Assembly (NCBI GenBank): GCA_963701855.1
Contig: CAVPBK010000006.1
Coordinates: 896,001 to 960,000, forward strand
DNA from: Nitrospirota bacterium
GTDB lineage: Bacteria; Nitrospirota; Nitrospiria; Nitrospirales; Nitrospiraceae
Direction of reading: 5' to 3'
Length of the DNA: 64,000 nt
In this document: piece by piece, positions 46,451-56,792 of the stretch
How positions within the stretch are numbered: position 1 is the stretch's first letter
Layout: every line of letters starts with the position of its first letter
Position numbers and translations under genes: made by a program
The notes under the pieces: model-generated
Databases searched by the model: none
Told to the model about the DNA's origin: nothing
What the model saw: the letters and a program-made list of their open reading frames with translations, nothing else

Positions 46451-47809
46451 TCATTCGTTGGCGCGGGCGATGGAAATGTTCTGCGCGATGGAAATACGCA
46501 CGAGGTGGACTACCAGCAGGAATCCGTACACAACGCAAAAGAACTTGAAGGTGGCGCGGTAAAAGTCCGTCAAGAGAATGGGGAGGCAGAGTGCGAAGAG
46601 CAGACTTGCGATCAGCGTCACGAAGGTCAGCCGCTTGCAGAATTCATGGGAAGCTTCCCGTCCGATCTGTTTCAGCGCGCGAGCATAGCGATCGGCTCGT
46701 TGAAGTTTGGCGGCCCGCAAGGCGGCCTCCCCTGTGCCCCAGTAGCGCAAGTAGAAATAGCCACCCAGAATCAACAGCCATGGCAATCCCCACAAAGGCC
46801 AGTAGGCCGCTCCTCCGTAGGTTTCACTGCTGAGCAAGGCGGCGAAGGAGGGGGCGTAGAGCAACCCCATCACCAACGGCAGGACGCGCTCATCATTCGG
46901 ACGCTCGCCCTCCGGTCCGCCATGAATCAACTCCCGCTCAAAGAGAGGGTAGCCGTACTTGAGGACCACAAGCGCGATCGCCGCGCTCATGGTTTTGTCC
47001 GGAATATAGCGAATCCAATTCTGAAACCAATTCACGATCCACCAACTCAAACTTTCCCCCCAAGTAATTCCGAATAAGGATTCGAGGTAGAGATGCGCCG
47101 TTTGCTCCCATTTCAGTACGCGCAGGCTCACCGACTCAGCGACATCGGGATTCAAGGCAAAGATCGTTTGCTCATGCAATGCCGCTTGCACAAAAGTCCC
47201 CGGCAGGCTCATGACGATCGCGCCGCCGAACCCAAAGATATAGAGAAACCAGGCATGGGACAGGGCGGAATTGCGTCCCGCGCGAAGATATTTTTGAAAG
47301 CCTAGCTGCCTGGCCATCCAGCCCCAATAAAACGCACCGGCGATGTTCACCAACGACCAAGGGAAGATCACCACATCCGCCCCGGTTTCCGGATACAACA
47401 GCCAGTTGACGACGGAATTCGAGAGAAGGGCCACGATGGCTCCCCACCAGGGGCCCAAGAGAAACGCAACCAGCGCCGTTCCCGTCATGTCGAGAAACAG
47501 TATGCTCTCCAGATGGCGGCTCAACGTCAGCCCAATATAGTTGAGAAGCAGGCCAGCTGCGATGATGACGCCGGTTTCGTACAAGAAGAGATAGGAAACC
47601 CCGCGGAGAGGCTTCGACGAGAATAAACTGAACGAGGAAGGCGCATCAGCGGCCGGGCGCTCGGTTGGAGACGGCGACTTTCGTTCCTTCGTCGGGGTCA
47701 GCCGGTTTTTGACATCCAGCAGCTTCTCCAAGAGAGTCAACAGCGCCGCGATGAAGCCGATCACGGTGCCACCGAGCATGAGCATGTCTTTCCCAAAATC
47801 TTCTGGCAT
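46451..47809 (-). CDS. multi-pass membrane protein with an ECF S-component-like segment
   Basis: LNYIG...LFLDMTGTALVAFLLGPWWGAIVALLSN, PWSLVN, DKTMS. Confidence 0.75.
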   Translation of the reverse strand: MPEDFGKDMLMLGGTVIGFIAALLTLLEKLLDVKNRLTPTKERKSPSPTERPAADAPSSFSLFSSKPLRGVSYLFLYETGVIIAAGLLLNYIGLTLSRHLESILFLDMTGTALVAFLLGPWWGAIVALLSNSVVNWLLYPETGADVVIFPWSLVNIAGAFYWGWMARQLGFQKYLRAGRNSALSHAWFLYIFGFGGAIVMSLPGTFVQAALHEQTIFALNPDVAESVSLRVLKWEQTAHLYLESLFGITWGESLSWWIVNWFQNWIRYIPDKTMSAAIALVVLKYGYPLFERELIHGGPEGERPNDERVLPLVMGLLYAPSFAALLSSETYGGAAYWPLWGLPWLLILGGYFYLRYWGTGEAALRAAKLQRADRYARALKQIGREASHEFCKRLTFVTLIASLLFALCLPILLTDFYRATFKFFCVVYGFLLVVHLVRISIAQNISIARANE

Positions 47810-47894
47810 AGGAGACGGTTCCCTTATAGATAGTGCTGAGTGCCATTCTATCCACGAAGGGATATCCCCGCCAGCAAAAGTCCAGAAGCCGACA

Positions 47895-47962
47895 GGTTGA
47901 TTTGGTTCATCTGGTTAGTTTCATTCAACCAAATAAACAAAACAGACCAGACAAACCAAATA
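47895..47962. repeat. ~9-nt periodic imperfect palindrome
   Basis: GGTTCATCTGGTTAGTTTCATTCAACCAAATAAAC matches 11216-11250; related tract at 55553-55605. Confidence 0.65.
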
Positions 47963-47971
47963 GCGGTCTTC

Positions 47972-48856
47972 TTATGTTGGCGGACCATTCGGCTCGATCA
48001 GGTCTGATTGAGCGGCTCTTGTGGCAACGGCTGACTGAACCTGCGCCTGTTGCTGGAGGTGGTGGGCGACCTCGGCACCGATCAGCAAGAGGGCCGCGGA
48101 GTAGTAGAACCATAAGAGCGTCAGAATGACTTCCAAAAGAGATCCATAGAGGTCGCCGTATACGGTCGCGTAGGTGCTATAGATCACGAACAAGAGTTTG
48201 GCAGCGACCCAGAGAAGACTAAACGTCAGCGCCCCGATCATCGCCTCACGCCATTGCGGCCGCCGCCGTGGGACGAGCCGATATAATCCCGTGACCGTGA
48301 AAAAGGCCAGCGAAAAGGGAAGCGTATAGGTGAGAAACAGATCATGGGCTGCGAGGGCTAGGAGGTCGAGCCCCCAGAGTCTTGGCGCGTATGCAGTTAA
48401 GAAATTGACCGCTTGAGTCGCGACGTAGGAGAGAATCAGTACGAGTCCGGTCACGCCGAGTGAGGCCACTGCGATAGCAGTTGAGATGAGGGGGTGCCTG
48501 CGCCAGGTGCTCTCGAACACGACGTTCAGCGCATAGTCGAGTTCGTAGAACACCAACGCGCCGAACCAGACGAACGCCAGAAACACGGCCCATCGGACGG
48601 TTTCTAAGGCGCTCACCCGTTGCAATTCCGTTACAACATGTTCTCCCATCGATGGGAGGAAGCCCTTGAGAACACTGAGAAGGACCTGTGCCCCGATCAC
48701 ATCCTGACTCACCACGAAACTCAGACCGTAGAGTAAGAGGAAAACGAGCGGAAAGAGGGAGAGCAAAGAGAAAAATGCAAGAGAGGACGCCAGACTGGCG
48801 CATCCATGCCGCAGAAACGATCGTACAAGATCTCGGAGAAAACGAAAAATCTTCAT
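47972..48856 (-). CDS. YihY/BrkB-family membrane protein
   Basis: LASSLAFFSLLSLFP, ALNVVF, YGSL...LLWFYYSA..LLIGAE. Confidence 0.9.
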   Translation of the reverse strand: MKIFRFLRDLVRSFLRHGCASLASSLAFFSLLSLFPLVFLLLYGLSFVVSQDVIGAQVLLSVLKGFLPSMGEHVVTELQRVSALETVRWAVFLAFVWFGALVFYELDYALNVVFESTWRRHPLISTAIAVASLGVTGLVLILSYVATQAVNFLTAYAPRLWGLDLLALAAHDLFLTYTLPFSLAFFTVTGLYRLVPRRRPQWREAMIGALTFSLLWVAAKLLFVIYSTYATVYGDLYGSLLEVILTLLWFYYSAALLLIGAEVAHHLQQQAQVQSAVATRAAQSDLIEPNGPPT

Positions 48857-48942
48857 AAGGCGCGCTGGGTAAAGAGCTTGTCACCAACGTAACACGAGTC
48901 GCCCTCTCGTGCACCTGTTGAGGGTGTCGACCGGTGAGAGGA

Positions 48943-50430
48943 CTATTTAAGCGTCAAGACGGATTGGAGCGCGAAGCTGACAAGAGGGTTGGGGTAAAGG
49001 CCGAACAGAATCACACCCGCGACGGCACAGGCCAACACAAAGGATAAGGCTGGTGAGGTCACGAGACGCGGGGGCGTGACGGAAGAGGGTTCAGGATCAC
49101 GCATATACATCACCATCACCACGCGCATGTAGTAATAGGCCGATACGACAGCGAAGAGTAGGGCAATGGCGGCGAGCCAAGCCAACCCTGCTTCAACCGC
49201 CGCCATGAACACATAAAACTTTCCGACGAAGCCTGCGGTCGGCGGAATGCCCGCAAGTGAGCCCATGAAAATCAGCATGAGAAAGGCCGCGAACGGCTGG
49301 CGTTTTGCAAGTCCAGTGAAATCGTCGATTTCTTCTCCCTCGATCCCGCCCTTCCTCAGCATACCGATAACGGCGAAGGCGCCGAGCGTCATGAACGAAT
49401 AGAGCGTGAGGTAGATCATGATACTCGCGAGGCCTGGCGTTCCACCGGACGCGCCGACCCCACGGCCTGCCGCCACAAATCCGATCAGCGCGTAGCCGGC
49501 ATGGGCGATGCTGGAGTAGGCCAACATCCGTTTGATGTTGGTCTGAACGATGGCGACGACATTGCCGAGCACCAGGGTGACAACGGCGATGAGCAGAAAC
49601 AGAAGCGACCAATCAGCCTTGAGCCCGCCGAGCCCTTCGACAAAGACGCGCATGAATGCGGCGAAGCTGGCAGCTTTTGCGGCAACCGCCATGAAGGCCG
49701 TGACGGAGGTCGGGGCGCCCTGATAGACGTCGGGCGTCCACATATGAAACGGCACCGCGGCAAGCTTAAAGAAGAAGCCGACGGCAATCAGAATCGTGGC
49801 GATCAGCACGAGAGGATCGTCCGCCCCGCGAGTTCCGATAGCGCCCGCGATCGATGCCAGTTTGGTGCTGCCGGCCACGCCGTAGAGTAACGAGATGCCG
49901 TACAGCAGAATCCCCGAGGAGAAAGCGCCCAGGACGAAATATTTTGCTGCAGCCTCCAGCGAACGAGGCTTAGACCGGTTGAGCCCTGTCATGACATAGA
50001 GCGAGAGGGACATGAGTTCGGTGCCGAGATAAATCGTCAGCAAGTCGGCCCCGGAGACCATGACCATCATGCCGGAGAGGGCAAGGAGGATGAATCCATA
50101 GTACTCACCGAGCTGTATGCGCTCCGCTTTCAGATAGGGCATCGACATGAAAATGGTCAGGCCGGCCACGCCATAGAGGAGGATTTTCCAGAATCTCGCA
50201 TAGGCATCGATCACCACCAGATCGCTAAATGCGGACACCCGGATGTTCAGTGCGTTGATCTGCCAGCCGGTAAGCCCAAGACAGAAGGCGAGGGCGCCCA
50301 CGCTCAGCCAAGCCAGGAGGTCTTGTCGTGAAGCGGGGGTAATGGGGTCTAATGAGATGACGAGACAAGCAGTAACCACGACGATAAGTTCGGGAAGCAG
50401 GGCTAAGAGATCAGCGCCGTACAGACTCAT
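48943..50430 (-). CDS. nuoN: NADH-quinone oxidoreductase subunit N
   Basis: EAAAKYF, FKLAAVPFHMWTPDVYQGAP, KRMLAYSSIAH; ATGA overlap with nuoM. Confidence 0.95.
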   Translation of the reverse strand: MSLYGADLLALLPELIVVVTACLVISLDPITPASRQDLLAWLSVGALAFCLGLTGWQINALNIRVSAFSDLVVIDAYARFWKILLYGVAGLTIFMSMPYLKAERIQLGEYYGFILLALSGMMVMVSGADLLTIYLGTELMSLSLYVMTGLNRSKPRSLEAAAKYFVLGAFSSGILLYGISLLYGVAGSTKLASIAGAIGTRGADDPLVLIATILIAVGFFFKLAAVPFHMWTPDVYQGAPTSVTAFMAVAAKAASFAAFMRVFVEGLGGLKADWSLLFLLIAVVTLVLGNVVAIVQTNIKRMLAYSSIAHAGYALIGFVAAGRGVGASGGTPGLASIMIYLTLYSFMTLGAFAVIGMLRKGGIEGEEIDDFTGLAKRQPFAAFLMLIFMGSLAGIPPTAGFVGKFYVFMAAVEAGLAWLAAIALLFAVVSAYYYMRVVMVMYMRDPEPSSVTPPRLVTSPALSFVLACAVAGVILFGLYPNPLVSFALQSVLTLK

Positions 50431-51986
50431 CGCGATGGGCCTTGAGTCATCTGTTGTTCTCCGCTGCCCACCAGCAGTGGTGCGGTCCCTCCTGCAGAGG
50501 GGTGGGCAGTCGGCGCCACCTTCGCGCGGGACATCGAGGCAATTGTGTTGGTCACGCTCTGGTGCATTCGACTCACGAACGGATTGGGAAAGAGCCCGAT
50601 CCAAAATATCAACAGAGCCAGCGGCACCAGCATGGCGAGTTCCCGTTGGTTAAGATCCTTGAGTTTCGGGAGATGGTGCTGGGATGGAACCCCGAAGACC
50701 ACTCGTTGGATCATCCACAGGAGATACGCGGCGGCGAGAATGACGCCCAGCGACGCAAAGGCGGTCGCGACCTTGCTCCAGAGAAACGTGCCGACGAGCA
50801 CGAGAAATTCTCCGACAAAACTATTGGTGCCAGGGAGACCGAGCGAAGACAAGGCAAAAATCACCAACAGGACCGCATACTGCGGCATCGGCGCGGCCAA
50901 TCCGGTATTGTCGGCGATCAACCGGCTATGGGTGCGCTCATAGATGATGCCGACGCAGAGGAACAGCCCGCCGGTCGTAATTCCATGGTTGACCATTTGA
51001 AGAACGGCTCCTTCGATGCCCTGTTGGTTCAAGACAAACAGGCCAAGGGTCACGAACCCCATGTGGCTCACACTTGAATAGGCAATCAGTTTCTTGAGAT
51101 CGACTTGGGCCAGCGCCATATAGGCGCCGTAAATGATCGCAATGATGGAGAGCGCAACCATCATGGGAGTAAAGATGCGGCTGGCGTCCGGCAACATCGG
51201 TAAACTGAATCGCAGGAATCCATAGGTGCCCATTTTCAGGAGAATGCTGGCGAGGATGACGCTGCCGGCGGTCGGGGCCTCGACGTGGGCATCCGGGAGC
51301 CACGTGTGAAACGGAAACATGGGAACCTTCACCGCGAAGGCGGCGAAGAATGCCAGGAAGAGCCATGTTTGCAACGACGCAGGGTAGGTGCCCTGGCTTA
51401 AGGCGAGGATGTCGAACGTGTGCCCTCCGTAAAAGTAAAGGACGAAAATGGCCACAAGCAGAAGTACGCTCCCTGCGAGGGTGTACAGAAAGAATTTGAT
51501 GGCCGCATAGAGCCGGTTGGGTCCTCCCCAGACGCCGATAAGGAGGTACATCGGAATCAGCATGGCCTCCCAAAACACATAGAACAGTATGAAATCCAAC
51601 GCAACAAATACCCCCACCATGGCCGTTTCCATCACCAGCAACACGGCCATGAAGCCCCGGATACTTGTGGTGATTGCATTCCAGGATGCCAAGACGCAGA
51701 GGGGCATGATCCCGACGGTCATCAGGACCAGCGGAAGGCTGATTCCGTCGAGACCCAGGCTGTAGTAAATGGGAGGGGCCGTGATCCAGGCGACATGTTC
51801 GGTGAACTGCATCTGACTGGCCTGTGGATCGAAAAGCCACCAGAGGGGAAGGGCCACAAACAGGTCGGCTAAGGTTGCGGCCAGCGCAATCCATCGAGCG
51901 GCCGACTCTGCCACAAAATACATCGCGACAGCACCCGCAAGGGGCAGCACGAGAAGCAGTGAGAGCCAGGGGAAGGAACTGGTCAT
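50427..51986 (-). CDS. nuoM: NADH-quinone oxidoreductase subunit M
   Basis: FWEAMLIPMY, VKVPMFPFHTWLPDAHVEAP, LKKLIAYSSVSH. Confidence 0.96.
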   Translation of the reverse strand: MTSSFPWLSLLLVLPLAGAVAMYFVAESAARWIALAATLADLFVALPLWWLFDPQASQMQFTEHVAWITAPPIYYSLGLDGISLPLVLMTVGIMPLCVLASWNAITTSIRGFMAVLLVMETAMVGVFVALDFILFYVFWEAMLIPMYLLIGVWGGPNRLYAAIKFFLYTLAGSVLLLVAIFVLYFYGGHTFDILALSQGTYPASLQTWLFLAFFAAFAVKVPMFPFHTWLPDAHVEAPTAGSVILASILLKMGTYGFLRFSLPMLPDASRIFTPMMVALSIIAIIYGAYMALAQVDLKKLIAYSSVSHMGFVTLGLFVLNQQGIEGAVLQMVNHGITTGGLFLCVGIIYERTHSRLIADNTGLAAPMPQYAVLLVIFALSSLGLPGTNSFVGEFLVLVGTFLWSKVATAFASLGVILAAAYLLWMIQRVVFGVPSQHHLPKLKDLNQRELAMLVPLALLIFWIGLFPNPFVSRMHQSVTNTIASMSRAKVAPTAHPSAGGTAPLLVGSGEQQMTQGPSR

Positions 51987-51987
51987 C

Positions 51988-52071
51988 GGTCAATAGTCAA
52001 CGGGCAATCGTCTTTGGCAAGAGAACGGCTGTTCGTGGTTCCCCTTGACCAGTGACCGTTGACCATTGACG
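51988..52071. repeat. heptamer-periodic palindrome (GTCAATG/TTGACC type)
   Basis: GGTCAATAGTCAACGGGCAAT...TTGACCAGTGACCGTTGACCATTGAC; sister copy at 53979-54060. Confidence 0.7.
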
Positions 52072-52075
52072 CTCC

Positions 52076-53974
52076 TTATAAGAAGAAGAACATCGTAACA
52101 AGGACCACAGCCCCAAGCGCCATGCCGAGCGCATAATGTTGCGCCTGCCCGCTTTGCGTAAGCCTTAAGAGCCAGCCTCCCCAGGCGATCGCGCGGGCCA
52201 CGCCGTTCACTGCGCCGTCGACCACGTTCACATCCACCCGCTTCCACAGCTCGGTTGCAGCAAAAAATGTGGGGCGGACAATCGTTCGATCGTAGGCCTC
52301 GTCGACATACCATTTGTTCAGCGAGGCTCGATACAACGTCTGCCACTGTCGCGCAAACCGATCCGGCAGCGCCGGATTAATCACATAGACATAATAGGCG
52401 CCGGCGATCCCAAGCAATCCCATGCCCGTGGCCACGGCCATGATGCCGGCAGCGGCCCCTCCCTCGTGAACTGCGCCGCCTGCGCCTGTCTCAAACATCG
52501 GTCGAAGAAACTCCGGAATGCCCAGATAGCCTGTGACGATGCTGAGCAAGGCCAGGATCATCAGCGGTATGGTCATGGCTTTCGACGGTTCATGTACGTG
52601 GCCTGCGTGGTGAGGATCAACATGCGAGGGGCCCCAAAACGTAACAAAGACCAGCCGGAAACTATAGAACGCCGTCATCAACGCCGTCACAAGGCCGAGC
52701 ACCGTAAGGACTTGACCGAGGGGTCCGGACGACCAAGCCGAGATCAGCAGATCGTCCTTGCTGAAGAATCCAGACGTCAGAGGGAATCCCGCAAGCGCGA
52801 GCGAACCCACGACGAACGTCCAATAGGTGACCGGCAATTTGTCTTTCAACCCGCCCATGCGACGCATGTCCTGCTCGTGATGCAGGGCGATGATGACGGA
52901 TCCGCAACCGAGAAATAGGAGGGCTTTGAACGCGCCATGGGTCAAGAGATGGTACATGCCGGCGGCATAAGCGCCGAGACCGCAAGCCATGATCATGTAG
53001 CCAAGCTGGCTGACTGTCGAATAGGCCACGACTCGCTTGATGTCGGTCTGAGTCAAGGCGATGGTCGCCCCCACGACCATTGTGATCCCGCCGGTGATCG
53101 CCACGACTGTCATGGCGGTGGGAGACAGGTTGTAGAGCGGGGCCAATCGCGCGACCATGAATACGCCAGCTGTGACCATCGTCGCAGCATGAATGAGCGC
53201 CGAGATGGGAGTGGGACCTTCCATCGCATCCGGCAGCCAGACGTGGAGCGGCACTTGGGCCGATTTGCCGATTGCACCGGTGAACAATAAGACACAGATG
53301 AGCGTAAGCACCGAGACGTCCCAGGTTCCTCCGAACGGGCCGAGGACATTCATGACCTCCCCAACCGACTCGTGCGCACGGGGGAAAATTTCCTGATAGT
53401 CAAGTGATCCGAAGCTATACCAGACCAACAGGAGGCCGAGCATGAAGCCGAAATCACCGACACGGTTGACGAGGAAGGCCTTCGTGGCCGCGGCGCAGGC
53501 AGCCGGCCGATCATACCAGTGGCCGATGAGCAGATAGGAGCAGAGTCCGACTGCTTCCCAGAAGATGAAGAGTTGCAGCAGGTTGTCCGCCATGACTAGC
53601 ATCAGCATCGAGAAGGTAAAGAGAGCGATGTAGCTGAAGAAACGGGCATAGCCAGGATCTCCACGCATGTATCCGATAGTGTAGATGTGGACGAGCGAAC
53701 TCACGGTCGTGACGAGAAGCAGCATGACGACGGTGAGCCGATCGATAGAGAAACCGATGTGAATATCGAGCATGCCCGAGGTCAGCCAAGTGTAGAGGGG
53801 GAAGCTCGTCTGGTGGCCGCCTGCCACATCGAAGAAGACCAAGAGAGAGAGCAGCCACGACACGAGGACTGCCGGGACTGCGACGAGATGGGCGTTGCCC
53901 TTGATCCAATGGCCGAAAAGCCCGAGGATCAGGAACGAAACCAACGGAAGGAGTGGAATGAATTCGTAGGTCAT
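52076..53974 (-). CDS. nuoL: NADH-quinone oxidoreductase subunit L
   Basis: KAFLVNRVGD, GKSAQVPLHVWLPDAMEGPTPISALIHAATMV. Confidence 0.96.
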   Translation of the reverse strand: MTYEFIPLLPLVSFLILGLFGHWIKGNAHLVAVPAVLVSWLLSLLVFFDVAGGHQTSFPLYTWLTSGMLDIHIGFSIDRLTVVMLLLVTTVSSLVHIYTIGYMRGDPGYARFFSYIALFTFSMLMLVMADNLLQLFIFWEAVGLCSYLLIGHWYDRPAACAAATKAFLVNRVGDFGFMLGLLLVWYSFGSLDYQEIFPRAHESVGEVMNVLGPFGGTWDVSVLTLICVLLFTGAIGKSAQVPLHVWLPDAMEGPTPISALIHAATMVTAGVFMVARLAPLYNLSPTAMTVVAITGGITMVVGATIALTQTDIKRVVAYSTVSQLGYMIMACGLGAYAAGMYHLLTHGAFKALLFLGCGSVIIALHHEQDMRRMGGLKDKLPVTYWTFVVGSLALAGFPLTSGFFSKDDLLISAWSSGPLGQVLTVLGLVTALMTAFYSFRLVFVTFWGPSHVDPHHAGHVHEPSKAMTIPLMILALLSIVTGYLGIPEFLRPMFETGAGGAVHEGGAAAGIMAVATGMGLLGIAGAYYVYVINPALPDRFARQWQTLYRASLNKWYVDEAYDRTIVRPTFFAATELWKRVDVNVVDGAVNGVARAIAWGGWLLRLTQSGQAQHYALGMALGAVVLVTMFFFL

Positions 53975-54071
53975 AGGCGGTCAATGGTCAATGGGTTACG
54001 GAGGAAAAGTGGGCTGGAGCCATACTCTCTCACCGATGACTGTTGACTCATGACCGTTGATATCCTCTCCT

Positions 54072-54377
54072 CTACCATTTCAGCAATTGGAATTCATCGA
54101 TGTTGATCGCAGACTTGGCGCGATACAAGGCAATGATGATGGCCAACCCGACCGCAACCTCTGCTGCGGCAACCGTGAGGGCAAAGAAGACGAAAACTTG
54201 CCCTGCGACATCGTGAAAGTACTGCGAGAAGGCGACGAAGTTGATATTCGTCGCGTTCAACATTAATTCGACCGACAGCAAGATGATGATGATGTTCCGG
54301 CGAAGGAGTACACCGACGACTCCGGTCAGGAATACGATGCCGCTCAGCACGAGATAGTAGGACAGGGGAATGGTCAT
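54072..54377 (-). CDS. nuoK: NADH-quinone oxidoreductase subunit K
   Basis: [18 protein letters not shown]. Confidence 0.95.
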   Translation of the reverse strand: MTIPLSYYLVLSGIVFLTGVVGVLLRRNIIIILLSVELMLNATNINFVAFSQYFHDVAGQVFVFFALTVAAAEVAVGLAIIIALYRAKSAINIDEFQLLKW

Positions 54378-54383
54378 TACCGC

Positions 54384-54899
54384 TCACACCTCATGTTCGC
54401 CGATGTCTTTCTTGGCGAGAACGATCGCGCCGATCATCGCCACGAGTAGAATCAAGGACGCTACTTCGAAGGGAAACAAATAGGTGGAGTAGAGTACGTC
54501 ACCGATCGCCCCGGTATTACTGATTCCTCCGACGGTGGTCTCTGTGCCGGTCGCCACAACAGGGGCTGTCCAGCCCTTCATCACCGTAAGGATGACGGCT
54601 TCGATAGCCAGCGTCACCCCCACCGCTGCCGCCGTGGGCCATTGCCGATGGTACCGGTCATCCTGTCTCAGATTCAGCAACATCACAACGAAGAGGTACA
54701 GGACCAAGATGGCGCCGGCATAGACGATGATCTGGACGGCTGCAAGGAATTCTGCGTGGAGCGTGACGTAGAGTCCCGCCACGTGAAAAAACATGACCAG
54801 CAGCGCCAATGCGCTGTAAATGGGTTTGAGCACCGCGACAACGAGCACCGCTGTAGCAGCGATCACGAATGCAAAATAGAAAAAGAACACCTGTTCCAT
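54384..54899 (-). CDS. nuoJ: NADH-quinone oxidoreductase subunit J
   Basis: AEFLAAVQIIVYAGAILVL, PFEVAS..LLVAMIGA. Confidence 0.95.
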   Translation of the reverse strand: MEQVFFFYFAFVIAATAVLVVAVLKPIYSALALLVMFFHVAGLYVTLHAEFLAAVQIIVYAGAILVLYLFVVMLLNLRQDDRYHRQWPTAAAVGVTLAIEAVILTVMKGWTAPVVATGTETTVGGISNTGAIGDVLYSTYLFPFEVASLILLVAMIGAIVLAKKDIGEHEV

Positions 54900-55011
54900 C
54901 ACACGTTTTCCTCTATCGCCTCATTACGAACGGCAAGGTCGGACAGGTTCCTACCAGAATGCCGCACAGTCTGCCGGCCCAACAGACCGTCGCATGTGGA
55001 ACACGGGCGAT

Positions 55012-55551
55012 TCAGCTGGGTTTTTGCGGAAGGTGCTTGAACGCAACGTTGAAGAACGCCACATTCGGGTGTTGGAGCTCCAACTGCTTCTCGCGAACAG
55101 GGAACGACCGGTCGCCGATGGCGAGCAATTGTTCCTTGTTGAGATTCAGTTGCCGCTTGTCGTACACCGACCACTCGAATTCGCGCGTCATGCCGAGGGC
55201 ATCCACCGGACAGGCATCGACACACAACCCGCAAAACAGACAGCGGGTCATGTCCATGTAATACTCTTTCGCGTAGCGCTTCGTCGGCTCGTCCGGCACT
55301 TCCGCGCTGACCACGCGAATCACCCGCGAGGGGCAGGCGGCTTCGCACAGATCGCAGCCGACACACTTTTCCGTCCCGTCGTCGTACCGCAATAAGGACA
55401 GCATTCCGCGATAGTTGTCCGGCAGCGTCCGTTTTTCATGCGGGTACTGCATGGTCACCGGCTTGTAGTGCAACATGTGCGACATCGTCACCTTCATCCC
55501 AACAAGGATGTCGTAGAAAGTGATCGTCTTGATCCAAGCGTTGAAAGTCAT
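55012..55551 (-). CDS. nuoI: NADH-quinone oxidoreductase subunit I
   Basis: CVGCDLCEAACP and CLFCGLCVDACP. Confidence 0.95.
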   Translation of the reverse strand: MTFNAWIKTITFYDILVGMKVTMSHMLHYKPVTMQYPHEKRTLPDNYRGMLSLLRYDDGTEKCVGCDLCEAACPSRVIRVVSAEVPDEPTKRYAKEYYMDMTRCLFCGLCVDACPVDALGMTREFEWSVYDKRQLNLNKEQLLAIGDRSFPVREKQLELQHPNVAFFNVAFKHLPQKPS

Positions 55552-55648
55552 GTCGGTCTGGTCTGTTTGGTTTATTTGGTTGTTTTGGCCTGTCTAGTTG
55601 ATTTCGACATCTGTGCCTTTTACCGAAGAAACGAACCAATAACCCGTT

Positions 55649-56743
55649 TCAGCTTCTCGGAAAGAAATACAGTGTGATGGACGTAATGATGATATTGGCC
55701 AGCGCGATCGGCAACATGACCTTCCAGCCGAACCGCATCAATTGATCATAACGCAGTCTGGGCAACGTCGCGCGGATCCAGATAAACAGGAAGAGGAAAA
55801 AATAGACCTTCGCCGCAAACCAGGTGATGTGTTCCACCCAGGCCAGCTGTTCGAGTCCGACATACTCGAAAATCGTGCCAGGATAGGGGGCGTTCCAGCC
55901 TCCCAAGAACAGCGCGGCGGCAACGCAAGACACAAGAGTCATGTTGGCGTATTCCGCGCTGACAAAAAAGGCGAACCGCATGCCGCTATATTCCGTAAAG
56001 AATCCGGCCACGAGTTCGCTTTCAGCCTCCGGCAGATCGAATGGGATACGATTGGTCTCAGCCACGGCGGAAATGATGAAGACGACAAAGGCGAAGATTT
56101 GGGTATGAATAGGAAAGAATCCGTCGGGGCGGCCTCCCCAGATGAACCAATGCCAGAAGCCGCCTGCTTGGGCTTCCGTAATCTCCACAAGGCTCAGGGT
56201 TCCTGCCAAAAGCAGCACGCCGACGATGGCCAGCCCGACGTTCAACTCGTAGCTGATGACTTGAGCCGCTGCGCGCAGGCCTCCCAGTAGTGAGTACTTG
56301 CTGTTGGATGCCCAGCCTCCCAGGATAATGCCGTAGGCGCCGATCGAGGCAATCGCCAGAACGTACAAGATCCCGATATTGATGTCGGCGACGACGAAAG
56401 GTTTGATCGTCATCCCATAGATGTCCATGGTCAGGTTCGGGCCGAAAGGGATGACGGCAAACCCGATCATGGAGACAACCATGGTCAACATCGGCGCCAA
56501 GGCGAACATCGCCTTGTTCGCGCCGGCCGGTACAATGTCCTCCTTGAAGAACAGTTTAATGCCGTCGGCGACCGGTTGAAGGAGTCCATAGGGGCCGACT
56601 TCCATCGGGCCCATGCGATCCTGCATCCAGCCGAGCACCTTCCGCTCAAAATAGGTCATGGTCGCGACCGTGACCATCACGATGCTCATCTCCGCCATTA
56701 TCTGGGCGAACGAAATTGCAAGTCTCAAGGTTAGCTCGGTCAC
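55649..56743 (-). CDS. nuoH: NADH-quinone oxidoreductase subunit H
   Basis: ERKVLGWMQDRMGP, AETNRIPFDLPEAESEL; GTG 56743 follows GGAG (alternative ATG 56773). Confidence 0.95.
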   Translation of the reverse strand: MTELTLRLAISFAQIMAEMSIVMVTVATMTYFERKVLGWMQDRMGPMEVGPYGLLQPVADGIKLFFKEDIVPAGANKAMFALAPMLTMVVSMIGFAVIPFGPNLTMDIYGMTIKPFVVADINIGILYVLAIASIGAYGIILGGWASNSKYSLLGGLRAAAQVISYELNVGLAIVGVLLLAGTLSLVEITEAQAGGFWHWFIWGGRPDGFFPIHTQIFAFVVFIISAVAETNRIPFDLPEAESELVAGFFTEYSGMRFAFFVSAEYANMTLVSCVAAALFLGGWNAPYPGTIFEYVGLEQLAWVEHITWFAAKVYFFLFLFIWIRATLPRLRYDQLMRFGWKVMLPIALANIIITSITLYFFPRS

Positions 56744-56792
56744 GACAACACTCCCGGATAACAAATGAAACACACCATTGGTTCTCGTCCAC

